Assembly: GCA_040954595.2 (NCBI GenBank)
Contig: CM082582.2
Coordinates: 6,636,063-6,700,062, forward strand
DNA length: 64,000 nt
Source: Balanoglossus misakiensis
Lineage: Eukaryota; Animalia; Hemichordata
Direction of reading: 5' to 3'
This document shows, piece after piece, positions 1 through 14,200 of the stretch. The notes under the pieces are model-generated. The model did not search any database. It had not been told where the DNA came from and saw nothing but the letters and a program-made list of their open reading frames with translations. The position numbers and the translations under genes are program-made. Every line of letters starts with the position of its first letter. The stretch's first letter is position 1.

Positions 1-894
1 ATTACGCCTATCATAACCAGATCATCACAGATGAAGCAGTTACGGAACAAAGGTTTAATGGCCTAGGTGGAAGTGTCTTAATAAAAAAATACCAGCACAC
101 AATTTTCATCAAAATGGCAGTCCTTTTTTTTACGAGACCTTCAGGCTATGACGAAGTGCTTTTCCCAATTGGAGGAACCAATTAATAATTCAACGAATTC
201 AGGCACTGAGGAATTATAAGTGTACCGTACTCATATTTCTTCTTTTGTTGCGGCAGGCGACATTGTCCGAAATTGTAAAAAGGTTGATAAAAAACTGTTT
301 CCCGGTTGGTATGGCAACGATACAAACACTATAGCTCTTTTATGCCCTGTTTTATAGCTTATTGCTTACTTTAGGTGGTGGCACATATGCAAAATACAGT
401 ACGTTATTTGAAGTCTTTTTAATTAAGGAGAAACAAAGTCACTCTTTCAGGTCAAAACAAAATCCATATGGCTGTGATCAGTGATACAAGTTCTGCAATT
501 TTCATTAGAAGCCCATTTTTTACACTCAATTTCCAGGTAGTTTCATGTTTTATGAGAGAAGTTTCCGCGAAATACAACACTGAGACAATTCATATCATCC
601 ACTATGCATGTGCGTTTAGCCTCCGATCTCGTCATAATTCTTCCCTTTCATGCAGCGATAAAAATATCTGATGCGTGCTATTTGCATTAAACCGTCATTT
701 GGCGTGGAAAAGTGACCTAAATTTCACAGCTGCCTAGTGGCACGGGTGGCGACAGAGTTATGGGGGTTGTCCATTCATTGCGTAGATGAATGGGCTCTCC
801 ATCAGCGGCAAGCCGTGAATTCCTTCCTTTCCACGCGATATTCACATCGATCTAGGTCAAAGGTTGGGAGGAGAACTCGTCTCCCTGTAACAGT

Positions 895-998
895 TTGAAC
901 CCTTCCACCCCCCGCCCCCAGTTCCCTCTCTCCAGAGGTCCAACCTTTGCCATAGAAAACAATGTGTTTGGACTGTACCATGGTGGTGAAAGGGGTAA
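895..998 (+). mobile_element. ~100-bp MITE copy, same family
   Basis: AACCCTTCCACCCC..AGAGGTCCAACC..CATAGAAAACAATGTGTTTGGACTGTACCATGGTGGTGAAAGGGGTAA. Confidence 0.78.
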
Positions 999-3900
999 AA
1001 TAAAAGCTGCCAGCATGGCTCTGGCTGCTATCCGGCACGTATCTCATCCCTCGCGAAATATCTGTCTGGGCCGCAAGACAGAAATATCACAGGTGATTGA
1101 TTCTAAAAGCCTGATGGCTCTTGTATACTCAGCTCCACAAACAAAGGGGAGTTAAAAACAGACAGCAAATGAAAATAAGCGACGGCGGTTCTGCAAAATT
1201 TATCCTGGCCTTTTCCAAACGACACACAAGTCTGCATCAGTTACTCGACTGTGAGGAGGACCGGTTGCCATGGCAGCCACCTGCATCCGTAGATTCCAAA
1301 CTGCCACACATTGGAAAGTTGATATGCAAATGAATACATTACACTTTAATTTTCAATTCAGGCAAAAAAAAATTACATTAATATTTTTCCAGTACGTTTG
1401 CTGAGTATTTTAGAAATAGGTGTGGTCACACACTAGGCAAACTATTGTGGTTTAATTTAATTATATCAAGCTGTAGCCACATTTAGGCATGCAAACTAAC
1501 TAGACACAGATAGCTGTCTACGGTACCTGCATAAAATCTCTGATACCATCCACCCAGAAAGCACGATTCCCAAGTCTACAACGAAAGAAATAATTTTTTT
1601 CTCAAATTTTAACATTTTTTTCTCCACAATGGAATTTCACCTGAATTTAAACGGACCCACCTGACTACCACAGAGGGCCTGGGTGGCTAAAAAAGCATGT
1701 GGCTTATGTTAAGTGTCTATTCAAGATATCTGTAATGATCCTGTGGTATTTCTAGACAATTAGACACCACCCTACTTCAGGTTGACAGAGTAGCGTTGCC
1801 GCCACGAAAATTTATACACCTCGGTCGCCATTGTCAAAATCTGATAGCATCAAATATCCTGTCCACAGAGAACACCCCTACTTCGGAGACAATGGCCGAG
1901 TAACCTTGAACTGAGAGGTTCAGGGGAGGGGACCGCCAGCAATTTTCGCTTAATTTTGTGTACCTGGGGGACAATTTATCACAATTATCTATAAAAGGAA
2001 CTCCATTTCAGAAAGCGTGGCAGGTCGTAAAAATTTCTTTGGCGTACACGGTATGTGTTGTCAAAAGTTAACTGGGTCATGAACAAGCTGCAGAATGCTG
2101 GTGTGTTGAGTCTAGGCAAGCAAGCAAACAAAACAAGAAGTTCAATTTCGACACAAGTGTACAACCAACCAGGTGAACATATTGACACACGTGCATCATA
2201 CCAATTTCTAACCTTCGACTTTTGGTTATAAGTTTAATGTCCTCTGCGCCAATATAATCTCTAAAATATTTTTCACGCAACAGTTACACCAAATTAAGCT
2301 GTGCTTTAAATACAAAGAAATTCTTCAGTTTCAGAAATTAATGTTTGCTTATGTGTAAATTGCTGGACTAAACATATATGATGGAGCAATCCGAACGTAC
2401 TTTACCCAGTTTATGCACACTGTATCAATTTGATTATTGGTCATAAATTTTACACACAAAAAAATCCAGCTGCAAAATATTTTGGCGATGATTACATTCT
2501 GAAGCCATTAGTATTAAGTAGCCCGTACTTCTGCAGACGTAATTTCGGAAAACACTGAAAATTTAATAACATCTAATCGAAGACCCGAGGACATGATACA
2601 CGACAAGCTCGTGGAATCTGTCCGCAACTCATTTTCAATCTCTGTTTCTTGATTATTGCTTGAGAGGATTGGAAAACTTGACCTGCTAACCCCACAGATT
2701 CATCATTGATGAAATTTCATCATCTACTTGGAGCCTGCAAAACCTCGAACAGTCTGTTATCAGTCGGGTGCTGGGGATGCCATTTCCCATTCGGCTAGAT
2801 GTTATATGGCAAAACTGCTCATTTTAAGGGAAAGGCACCTGATATTGTCACATTAGGAAAACACACTCATAAATCTCAAAAGTTTTTTTTTTATGGTCCA
2901 TGTTAAGAGTAAGTAGTTTTTTTCCTCAAAATCAATCGCTACGAAGGATTTTTCAACCCAAAAGACTACATCTTACTTGTAGTGATTAACGACCAGACGA
3001 ATATTACCATTTTCGCCCATTTTTTTAGTAGTGCACTGGTTTTGTGAAGATGCTACCAGGTGTCGATGTCATTCGAAAGATGTTCACTAGAGCATTGTGA
3101 GGAAACAATTCATACATTTGACATTTACGTGAAACCCGAACCACTGATGCAGCTCTTAAGTTCTTACCTGTTACCGTGGTGATATATACTTCTGGCCCAC
3201 TGCACTCAGAAAATCCCATGGGCTTTTACGAAAAAAGGATTACACACGCTTTAAAAATTGATAGCTTCCCTATGACTGCAAATCACCGAGTGAAATTAAG
3301 GAGCGCATTAAAAAAAATCCCCTGTTTGTAATTGCCCGACTGGTTTTCTCGGCACACATCAAAATTGAAATTCAACAGTTAGATTCAGCGGATCTTTCCT
3401 AAGCTACAGGTTTTAAGTTTATAAATATCCCCTGTCAAATTCACGGATCTCTCCCTAATTCCTGGTCTCCACAGACTTGGGGTAATTTACGGGCTCAGGT
3501 AAAGTTGGAGACTTTATCTGAAAGGAAGATTTACACTCGCTGTCAGACTTGTAGATTTGAAAGTGGATTTATACTTTCCTTGGGGGTAACCGATCACTGA
3601 TGCAGATACAAGTCGGCGATGTGCGAGGGAAAACTTGCACACTTGACTATTTTTAGAGCTCAGTTTTTATTGGCTGCGTCGTTTGAAAAGCAAATACAAA
3701 ACGGGACAGGATATTATTATCTGGTCTGATGGCCATCTTCAGTGCCTACAGCTTTGTAGCACATCACGGATCGATCACCGCCGTAATTAGTCACAAACCT
3801 GTACTAAACTCGCGGGTCATAAAGTCAACTCGGGACAATTTATATGTTTGGTTTTTGTGCCGATACTACGCACTGGTGCGTTTCTAGCTCTCGCCGGTTA

Positions 3901-5092
3901 CCGTGGTGATGCCCGCTGCCTATTAATTGACCCTTTAGAAACCGCCGGGGCCTTTTCAAAAGAGTGACAAGTGTTTTCAGGCAGTTTGGCGCAGATATCC
4001 TCTCAGATTCATCCGTCGCTTGGATTTTGGAAAATGTGCCGAGCACAGGGTTGTGCGTGTGTTGTACCGCGTGGGGCAGTGTCCTCAAAACGTGTCTAGA
4101 GATAAAAGGCGCCTCTTGATGTGTTTGTATATTTGACAGAGAGGGAATTCTGACATTCACATACAGGTGTTCCGTCTCCCTGGCAGCAGATTTGACAAGT
4201 TCTTCTGCAGATGCAATAAACCATTTTGTGCTGTTTGTTCCAAATAAAACTTGTCAGTTATTGTTAGAATACGAGTGCAGCAAATTTCTTCCACAAAAAT
4301 AACAATTATACTATCTGACATACTGTAAGAACTTGGCTTACACCTGACCATTTTTTTCATATGTAATTTCGGTCGGCCATGGAGACTTTCTGAAAGCAGG
4401 CTTCTGATTGGTCGCTCGAATGCAGTGGACCGACATTCTCACCCGATCAGCCAATCAGATCAGCTTTCACTGTGCCAGCCACTTGCGACCAAATGAAATG
4501 CCCACAAATATTACAGTTATGAAGTGTAACAGTATACATTCTGGAGCCCTGGGTGGTGCCTTGATTGACACCTGTAGTTTGAAATTTAGTGCAAGGTCAC
4601 GGACGTTTGCCAACCCTGCTTTTGTATCTCTCCCCAGCAACTGTGGCCAAGGATTGATATGTCACAGCACCACGAACAAACTCATCATGCTGGTACGATT
4701 AATGAACTCGCAAATACCAATGTTAGTGATACTAACCATTTTAAACAAGTGTCGTTGCATGTGCAGTCGTATTTGATCGCCTGTTTCAAACTATGTCAGT
4801 CGGCTATGCAAACTGTTCTACTTTTCTACACCAATGTGTCTCTGCCTTAGGAAACCACTATACTGTTGATAATTATTGTACGACGGCATTGAAGAACGGA
4901 TGTTGATATTCTGAAACTATTGGCCTGCCCAAAGTTCACTGAACTAGCTATGGGTGCTGTACATGTGTATATAAAGTGGTGATGCAGAAATCCTATTCAG
5001 ACCCCTTAGTTGTAGCAGATCTTTTATTTTTGCAGTTCCAACTCATGGTTTTATTTTCCGCTATAAAACTGCAAATAGGAACCTTGTTCCAC

Positions 5093-5200
5093 TTCAATCT
5101 TTTTCACCCGTTCACCAACATGGTTTGGTCCAAATCCACTGCTTTCTATGACAAAGCTGGACCTCTATATAGGGAAATGGGGATGAAATTTAGGGTCTAT
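5093..5200 (-). mobile_element. Degenerate inverted copy of the same MITE
   Basis: TTCACCAACATGGTTTGGTCCAAA..TTTCTATG..GGACCTCT is the reverse complement of the family core. Confidence 0.6.
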
Positions 5201-7887
5201 TAAATACAGCGTTAAACTTTGCAAAGATACCCTATGGAGGGCTGTAGATCATTGTTGGATTGTCACACCACACACAGGATGACGCCAATCGGCAGCAATT
5301 ACACGCTTAATGAAGTCACTGCTGGGAATTGCAGTCGGGACCAGATTAGCCGAGGTCCTTGAGTGTTTTCTATTCAAACCAATCTGACATTGTCACTTTT
5401 CAATTTCCGCTGACAGTTACCACTGCGTCCAACATTGACAGGTGCGGGTAATTGGCAGGCAGCGTTTGGGGGTATTGCGCAAAATAACATGTCATTAATA
5501 GAATCAAAAGAACGAGTCCCGTCAGCAAATTTCCCTCCCCTGTGTTTTTGCTTGAACTAAACTTGGTTTGTGAGGTTCAGAACGGTGGACACAGTCCAAG
5601 AAAATCATCGGAGACGGTGATATGGACGAACAGATGTTCCGAATCCTTTTTCCTAAACATCTTTTAGTTTACTCTTCTTCGAAGGTTAAATGCTGTCTTT
5701 ACGCCAGACTGACAGGCAACCGCTTGACGGACACTGGACGAGGCCAACGGACCCGCAGCACTCCCCCGACTTCATCAGTCAGTCAACAACTGCGTGACTT
5801 GACATTATTAATAATGCCAGATAAGCCCGGAAAAAGCACAAGTTGATCGGGATCAGTCCCTCTCTCTGTGTTGGGCGGGCTTTGTCGACAATCGCGTGTC
5901 AATCCCCGGGCGAAGCTCTCTCACAATGCGGCCGAATTAACGATCGCGATTGTGGAGCCTCGCAACCGAACAGGTTAATGACACCTGGCAGCAGGTAGTA
6001 AAACCCGGAGTTATTTCTGTCCATCTGACAGAATGAACCGAGTTATTGTCAAGAGAAGGGGGGCAATTTTTAGCCGCAGGGGCAACAAAGGGTTATGCAA
6101 AAGTGGTCTTCTTCTTCTTCTTCTTCTTCTCCGGGTTTGTGAACTGAAGTCGTGTGAAAAAGTCACCCGCACCTCCCCCACTCACGGACGGACGGACGGA
6201 CGTGCGGGTCCGAGATTTTAACCGTGTGAAAAGTCACACCTGGAACCCGATCGCTGATCCCGCACTCTCACTTCTAATTCCCTGGAAGAATGTTACAATT
6301 GCCAGTTGCCACAAAAAAAAAAAAAAAACGGGATATTACCCACCATTCAGGGATTAGTGTTCCGGGCCGGGGCTTTGGCAGCAACACGGGGCTCATTGTT
6401 ACGCCAAACGGCCACCAGATCCTTTAATGACTTGTCCTGCTTGTTTTGCGAATGTAACAGCATTCCTGGGCATCGCAACAGGTGTGCGTGTGTGTGCGTG
6501 TGAAAGCGCAATCAAGGTTTGATTTCCGTCGGGGGAGAGAAAGGCACTTCTTGTCAAATATTAACTGTGATTCGGGAGTGTATCTCAAGATTTTACAACC
6601 AAATTGTACATACATGTACGGCCTTCGACTGGTGCTGTAAACACCACAGAAGAAGAGATTTACTAAGAAGTATAAACATAACAATTACATCAATAAATGA
6701 TGAGGGCTACTTGTTGGAATTTTTTTCTTGGTCAAAGTAAACTAACAGGCATGTACTTCATGTTTCACTGTACTCAACAATCAATGATGTTGCTAGTGGC
6801 AAACACCGAATGAAATGTCACAACACAAGATTATCCCCGTTCTGTCTGTCATGGGCTGTGATCCAATGAGTGACAAGTTTATATGTGCCTCCGCAACCTG
6901 AGAAATTGGCTCCACCAGACCAGTGACCACTGAAATGACTTCCCTGTTTTACAACCATACTTGTCTTTTTCTAACGCCAGTGCTGAACAAAGAACTTCAT
7001 TGTGCCTTACGTTATGCAATATTGTCTTCTTGATGTGTTGAGAGAAAAAAGCCTGAGGTTAAAGACCGCTGCACGTCACTGTATATTGTTACCTGCACAG
7101 GATATAACCACAGCATGTGTAAACTGACAAAAAAGCGTCGTTAATACCAAACGTGATTTTTCATGACTCAACTAGCCTAAAATTGAGGCATGATAATTTC
7201 AATTTCAAGGATGCTAAGCAGAAATTTGTTGTCAGCTGATGTTTTTAGTAATAATAACCAAAAATGTCACTTACACACTTTTTTATAAATGCTCAAATAA
7301 CCTGTCATAATAGTAAAATTATCATTCCATTCTCGTTATTTTTAAATGCCATGTTGTAGTCTGGTTTGGTTTCATTGAATTCGAACTCTGACATTTCACA
7401 ATGCCTACTCATCAGGTTAATAGCCTGGTACCATTAATCCTTCAGCTAATATCTGATGGTTCATATTGTTCATGTCACAATTTTTTTTTCAGGGGCTTAG
7501 CAGCTCCGGGTGCCCACAATTTGGATGTATTTGCCGGTGATCCATGCGACATTGATTCACAGGCCTTGACTGTATCTTGCCACGTTTTCCATCATAATTG
7601 ACACTTCATCATAATTTGTCTGGAATGAGATTCCCTATTTTTTACTCAAAAGTTCCTGTGAATTGAATTTAGACTCGGATTTCGGAAGACAGGAAAGAAT
7701 CATAGGCGACTGTACTCAGCATCAAAAGCGTATGAATGAAATTCAATGCTGAATGACATCTATTCTTCAAACATTCTCTTGATGTGCGTCGATCTGTGAT
7801 GAGAAGTCAGTGTGTCTTCACTGCGTAGCCAGGAAACCATTACATGTACATCCTTTTCTACTCTCACTTCCTGTTTGCCCCGGGCAC

Positions 7888-8217
7888 AAATCCATACTCC
7901 ACACATAATATTCTCCATTGAAAATTACTGGACCAGTTTTAAACATTTCAGTTTGAACAATATAGCACGTTAACTGGTGCAGTAATTATCATGTGATTAA
8001 AATCCATACTCAACACATTTCACCTCTTACAAAATATATTCTAAATTTACGGGACCAGTTTTTAATAATTTGGTTCAAACATTATAACACGTTTACTGGT
8101 GCAGTATTATATTTGATCACATGATTCAAATCATACACGAATATTGCTTTTTGTGTTGAAAGAATTCACCCAATATTCTAAATCCTTTTACAGTGTGATA
8201 TTGATTGGTGCAGCTAT
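7888..8217. repeat. Degenerate tandem repeat, unit ~110-130 bp, 2-3 copies
   Basis: Recurring AAATCCATACTC, GGACCAGTTTT and CACGTT.ACTGGTGCAGTA blocks. Confidence 0.75.
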
Positions 8218-11200
8218 GAAAATTGGATATTCCATTGTGTCGTTTTTGAGCTCCAAGTTTCGAGTTTTGATTAAAAGTACACGTAGCTGAATGGTTGATA
8301 GAGAAGGTTGAAATCTCTTGCCAGACTCTCGTCAAAAACTACACAAAACAGCTTCAGTCTGCAAACCGTCCCAACATTCAAAATTTGACTCTCTCAAGTC
8401 TTGTGGAGAGGACTGATCTCTCTCAACAAGACTGGTGTCTTTGCACACACACTACCTCAAAGCACAGCATTTTTTTCTTCTGTGACTAGTGTGGTCTCGA
8501 AGTGAAGATCTTGTGCAACATCTATTTTGGATACAACCGGTTGATCAATACTAATCCTGGCTGAAGGCCACACAAGGACCTTGTCTCATTCAGAGTTGAC
8601 GGACAGATGAGCCACTTTCGTAATCCATCCATTCGGATTCCAAGGACAATACGGGCACCAGTTGGTCTTGATATAATTTCTGTTGTTCCTGAACGTGTTT
8701 AAAAAAAGCCACCGACTGATGATGGAAACAACAGCTGGATATGAACTACCAAGGCATCGCACTGCAATTTTGACATAAAAATTGATGGCAACATCATCGC
8801 TAGCCCTAATTCAAAGATTATTTTCATCGCTCTGCAGCTGTTTGTATAAGCTGTTTGTATTACTATGGCGATTTTAGTTTACACCACTATTAATTCAGTG
8901 TTTTTACCTCTGTGTGGCATGAATTTTTACTCTCTGTGCCTGTACTATAATTGTCATATCAAAAACATCTTACCAGAAAAAAAAATGTTTCATAAAACAT
9001 TATGCCACAAATTTACATGATACTTTACTCAATGAATATATCGCACAAAGTAATCAGGCATATATCTGGACTACAAAATCCCTAAAAACATAATATGAAA
9101 TGTTTCCCCGTCAAAGATGGTTGAAACAGCCTTCAGTTACTGAAGCAGAGTATCATATATATCCTAAGTTATCCATCTCCCTATGCGGTAACCGCATGTC
9201 AAATTGATAAATGATTCATACAGTATTAAGTGGCTCAGCTCACAGATTTTGTTTCACTGCCGGTGAAAATTACAGTCTGTCGGAAAAAACAGGACCGAAT
9301 CCTCCGGAGGGAATACCTGTCTGAGAGAGACAAAATCTCCCCATCTTCCATTGGCCATAAAATTTCTGGTTAACTGAGATATTATAGACATTCACTTGCA
9401 GGGAACAGGGTCATCTGTAGAGCTGTAAATTTAAAAATCCATATTTTGACCACACCCAGATAGCAAAAGTATTTCCCATTGTTCAGTATGGGTGTTTTTT
9501 CAACAGATACGAAAATAAACACCACACAATCCAAATTTTCAGAGCCATAAAAACCAACCTTTGGGCTGTTGGAATTAAACCCAGACACGACACAGGAAAT
9601 TCTGGTCTATTTGGGGGCATATTCCCAATATAGACTAAATTGCAAAGCATGGCCTAAGCCTCCTGAACTCACATTGGCACTAAATATAGCTTAGAGAGCG
9701 AAACACAACATGGTATCCAAAAAGTGACATTAAGGGCATGGTTGCAAAACCTTGATGGAAGGATATGCTGAAGGATGTATCTCCGAATGAAAGGAATTAT
9801 TAATGCGAACAGACTGAGTTTGCTGGATTCTTGCCACGTAAAAGTTGCTGACGCAGACTGAAATACTAACGACAAGGTCAAAAACACCTGTCAGTACTAA
9901 CGCAATATAATATACTTTAATTTAAAGGCCGTTTTCAACTCTGCATTGACATGCTATTTTCGTTCACTGCTACCGTTTCCATGGAGATGGTTGGTTGGTT
10001 GCCATGGTGAAACTGTGATGAGGTGCGGGCACGAGTACCGGTATTGTATTTTCGTCTCAGCACTGGAATGTTTGCAGTGGTCGACAGCATATGGTTCTGG
10101 TTTCGGTCGGAGAACGTGTCATGCATTATTTATAAAGTGGACTCATTTTCTCTCCCTAAAGCTCCACTTCAAACTGTTTTGGTTTTGTTTTGCTTCACCA
10201 GAGTGACGCAGAAAGATCTGATTCGCCTCATCTTTGCTGAAGTCAACTCCAGATTAGCCAGTCATCAACCAAAAGACAATGTATTGTGCTTTGGTGGACA
10301 TACGGTCCCCAATTACACGTACAGCCCTGTCCACCAGACCAGACTGCGCAACAAAATGGAAATTTCCGCTGAAGGTGGCGAGGCGATGATTTTTTCCGCC
10401 CCGGCCACACTTGGCTACACATTTTCATCAGTCGCATCAATTAATCACACCTAGGAGTGGCAAATGAAGACGACACACCCAACCATCATAATAAAAACTT
10501 CCCAACACAGAAGTCGATCTCCCCACATCAACAACGCCAAAAAAAAATGAGACACTGGAGACAAGGAACTCCCAGTAATCCCAATATCAAGGCAACTTGT
10601 CTTTTCCCGGAAATTTACGACTGATCCTGGCAAAGCAATTAAAGAATCCTGGTACATCTTCTATTCCCAACGCACACAACATTCCTAAACATTAATTTCC
10701 ATTACAAGTTATGAATAATTTAGAAAGAGTAGACAAATTTTAATAACGTATTAGTCTTGAAGGACAAATTTGATGAGAATATTTACACTAGTAATTTATC
10801 ATAGGCATTAACTTCATGTAAACATATTTAAGATGTAAAGTACATACCTACACTTTATGGCAATATTAATCCCATTTAGTCTACTACTTCTGTAAATTCA
10901 AAATGCATGCTAATAATCTTCTCTCTCATTGGCTGTTGCCATGGAATTTATGGTGAGTCGGATGCTTCTGGTTGGCTGCAAGCGCCAATGCTAATTAAGA
11001 CACACAATGTAAGTATGATCAAGCTATATATGATTGGCCACAATGAATTTCATTTTCAATGCTGATATATTAATTATTATGCATGTTATTTTGCTCATAG
11101 TGAGTGACTTTAACTAGGGTTAAACCCTGGAGACAGCCATAATCATGTTGGACATACACCACAATGCTGCGTGCGCACGTCCCATTCAAACGGAAAACTC

Positions 11201-14200
11201 TGCAATGGAAACAGTACTATTCGAAATATAAATCAACCAATATCAAGATAATCTCTGACGTGCTTCATCATAGCATTAGATCGAACCCGATAACAAATCT
11301 CGCATCTCTGAAAAGTCATTTTTTTCTCCTAAGCGTCTACTAATAAAAACTGATTCAGCCCATGTCACAACATTTATATTAAAAGCCGTCTCGTACTGAA
11401 AGGGGATCATTTCGCGGATCGCGATTTCTCACCAGATGCAACCAAAATCTTTCTCGTAAAACTTTTCTTTATAACCCCTCAGGGAACAAAACCCCATTGT
11501 TTCTCCTCACCTGGTGATTTGTCACTACTGACGGGTTGTAATCATAAAACCTGCCATCCCTCCTGACAAATGATTTTCAGAGAAAAATGCCAAATCCTCT
11601 TAAACTAAAACACTCGTACCAGCCTGGCTCCCTTTGTTGAGTTTGAACTCTGCGACCTCTGACACCTGACCCCTACCTACAGAGGTCAGGTTACAGTTTA
11701 TCGGGTAGTGTGGTTTCCCTGGTAACGTGAAGAGCTGTGAGGTAAAATCTGTGATAAATGTCGGTCGAGTGTTCTGTTAAGTCGACACTATCAGTTCAGT
11801 TTTCATTGTGTTCTTATCGCTGGCAACAAAGACAGAAAGAAGAGACAGGCATTGATGATATTTGTGGCTTTGTGATTTCAAAATTCTTCATGTAATACAC
11901 AGCACTAACTTCTAATCAACAAAGATTTCAATAAAGTTCCAGGGCTCCAGTGTTATAGCCAAGGAGAAATCATTTAGATGTACATTTCGTCCTTAATTAG
12001 CCTAATATTAGGTAAATGACAGTAACGAGAGAAGGAAATGAGACCAAGCCATTAGAATAATTAATGACATGCTACCCGTCACATGTAAAATGGTGATCAA
12101 AAGATTGACGAGGACAAAACCACATGATTTCTATGATGCGTTGCCTGTTTCGGTGGCGTCTAATTTCACATTCATTGACCAGGGACAATATCAAGGTGTG
12201 TCACACAGGAAGCTGATGTGCTACGGGGGATGGTCGACGGTCGGTGTGTGTCACTGTGTTGATCTTACGCAAAAGAGTACAGCTAAACAGGAAATGAAGT
12301 CTTTTATCTTTTCAGTAGTTTCGGACGTTTTTTTTCTGGGATATGTAACACACTCAGGGTTTATGAATTTATTATTTTTTCAATTTTTTTACTTTTATTA
12401 AGATATTATTACTTCAAGAGAAATAATATGTTTATGGGAGTACATGTAGAAACATAAGGCTAGGATCTGCTCGCTCCCCTGTTGACATCTGGAGTAATCA
12501 TCTGGCCAGTTTGCCACTCTCATGTGGTCCATATCATGCTTTTCACTCGGCGATTAACACTCTTTCCAAGTCTCCTTAACAGTTAAAGTGCCGGTTGCAA
12601 GTGTTCCGTAACTGTATCCCGCCAATATTGACGCTTCCCACCGCATTCGGGAGATAGGGGGGAACAATCTGGAAATGTGGCGTACACTGATCACTCTCAC
12701 TCAGCAACAGACCAAACATTTCACTCCAACGCGACAGAGTAGAGAGAGATGTTTGTGGTGGAAACCGGCCGATGATAGATTCGTGTTTTCTTTGCAGGAG
12801 TGTAAAGTGCCCCAGTTGTGCGTGTATGTTTAGGGCCTACCACTTCAGATTCTCTATTTAGCAACAGTGGTAGACCTCACTCACCAAGAATGTCGCGCAG
12901 AAACCTGACTGGACTACTCGATGGGCATTAGGCGGAAAAGATTGCGTTGTGGTTTTTAGTTGACTTAAACTTACAATTACTTTCGGCTTATAGTTTAACG
13001 GTGCGCGTGAATCACTAGCAGGGGTCCACCCATTCTGGTATACCAGCAACTTCCTGTCTCCTAAGGACACGGCAGGGCAATACGAGATATGATACGATAA
13101 GATGGTAACTCCTTTACTCATTGTTCCACTGCCTTTACTCTTAAAATGGTTTAACTCAGATTATGAATGACTTGAAACTAGTACTCCTACAGTATTTCAA
13201 GCAGCAATCAGATTAAAACATTGTTTGCTGAAGTACAACTAAAACCTGTTAACCAACAACAGATTATACCTTCTGGCAGTTTTGGTTGTTGACAGCAACC
13301 CGGGCGAATAATTAATCAAATTAACACAGTTGATTTCATGGTAATGTGATTATTTATAAGTGTTTACAATGAGTGTGTAACAATAAAGTAAAATTGTATT
13401 ATCAAGTGCAATTTAGGATTAAAATCCAGTTACTGGTTTTAACACAGCGACTGGTAAAATAGATCTGGATCTACAATATCTATTGGTTTGTCAGTGGACT
13501 GCTCTACACCAAACCACCAATGAACACACTTAATATTATTATCTGGCTAATGCCTGATTAGATTAATGTGTACAACACGCAATAAATAATTGGGTTTACC
13601 AGGAGTTTTCCACTACGACTTGCAATTAGAGTTAGGGTTAAAGTTTCGGGCTGTATAAGTTAATATTACCAGCGTGTCGACACAGACGGATAGTGTGGGT
13701 GGCAGTGACTTCATCTCGGTACTGTATACACGCAAGAGATTGTTAGCTGACACCGAAAATGAAAGACTGACAAGCGATGGAACAAAGTGTGATGAAAAAT
13801 GACCTCTCGTACCGACCAACGGAAATGGTCTGTAGACGTCTTGCAGTCAAATGCCATTTCGTTTCCCTTGTAGCTTAGAAGCTCTGTGGCCGTGACCAGT
13901 TATATTCAGGCACACTTGAATGGAAACTCAGGCATCCAGACTAATAACTTATGCGGTAGAGACACTCGCCAATTATCATGGTAAATGATAGACAAGCGAC
14001 CAGCCAACGAGACAGTGGACATGTTGCTGTATATTAGCTTCCTTGATTGATGTAATTTCTTTCAGTGATAAAAAATGGTCAGAATAAGTTGCTTGTGATA
14101 TTGAAAAAGTTCAAAATGAACATGGGTTCTTTCTTTTCACTTGACAATCCCGTGAAATTTGAGATGACACAAACACAATGAAAAAACCTTAGGTCACCTG

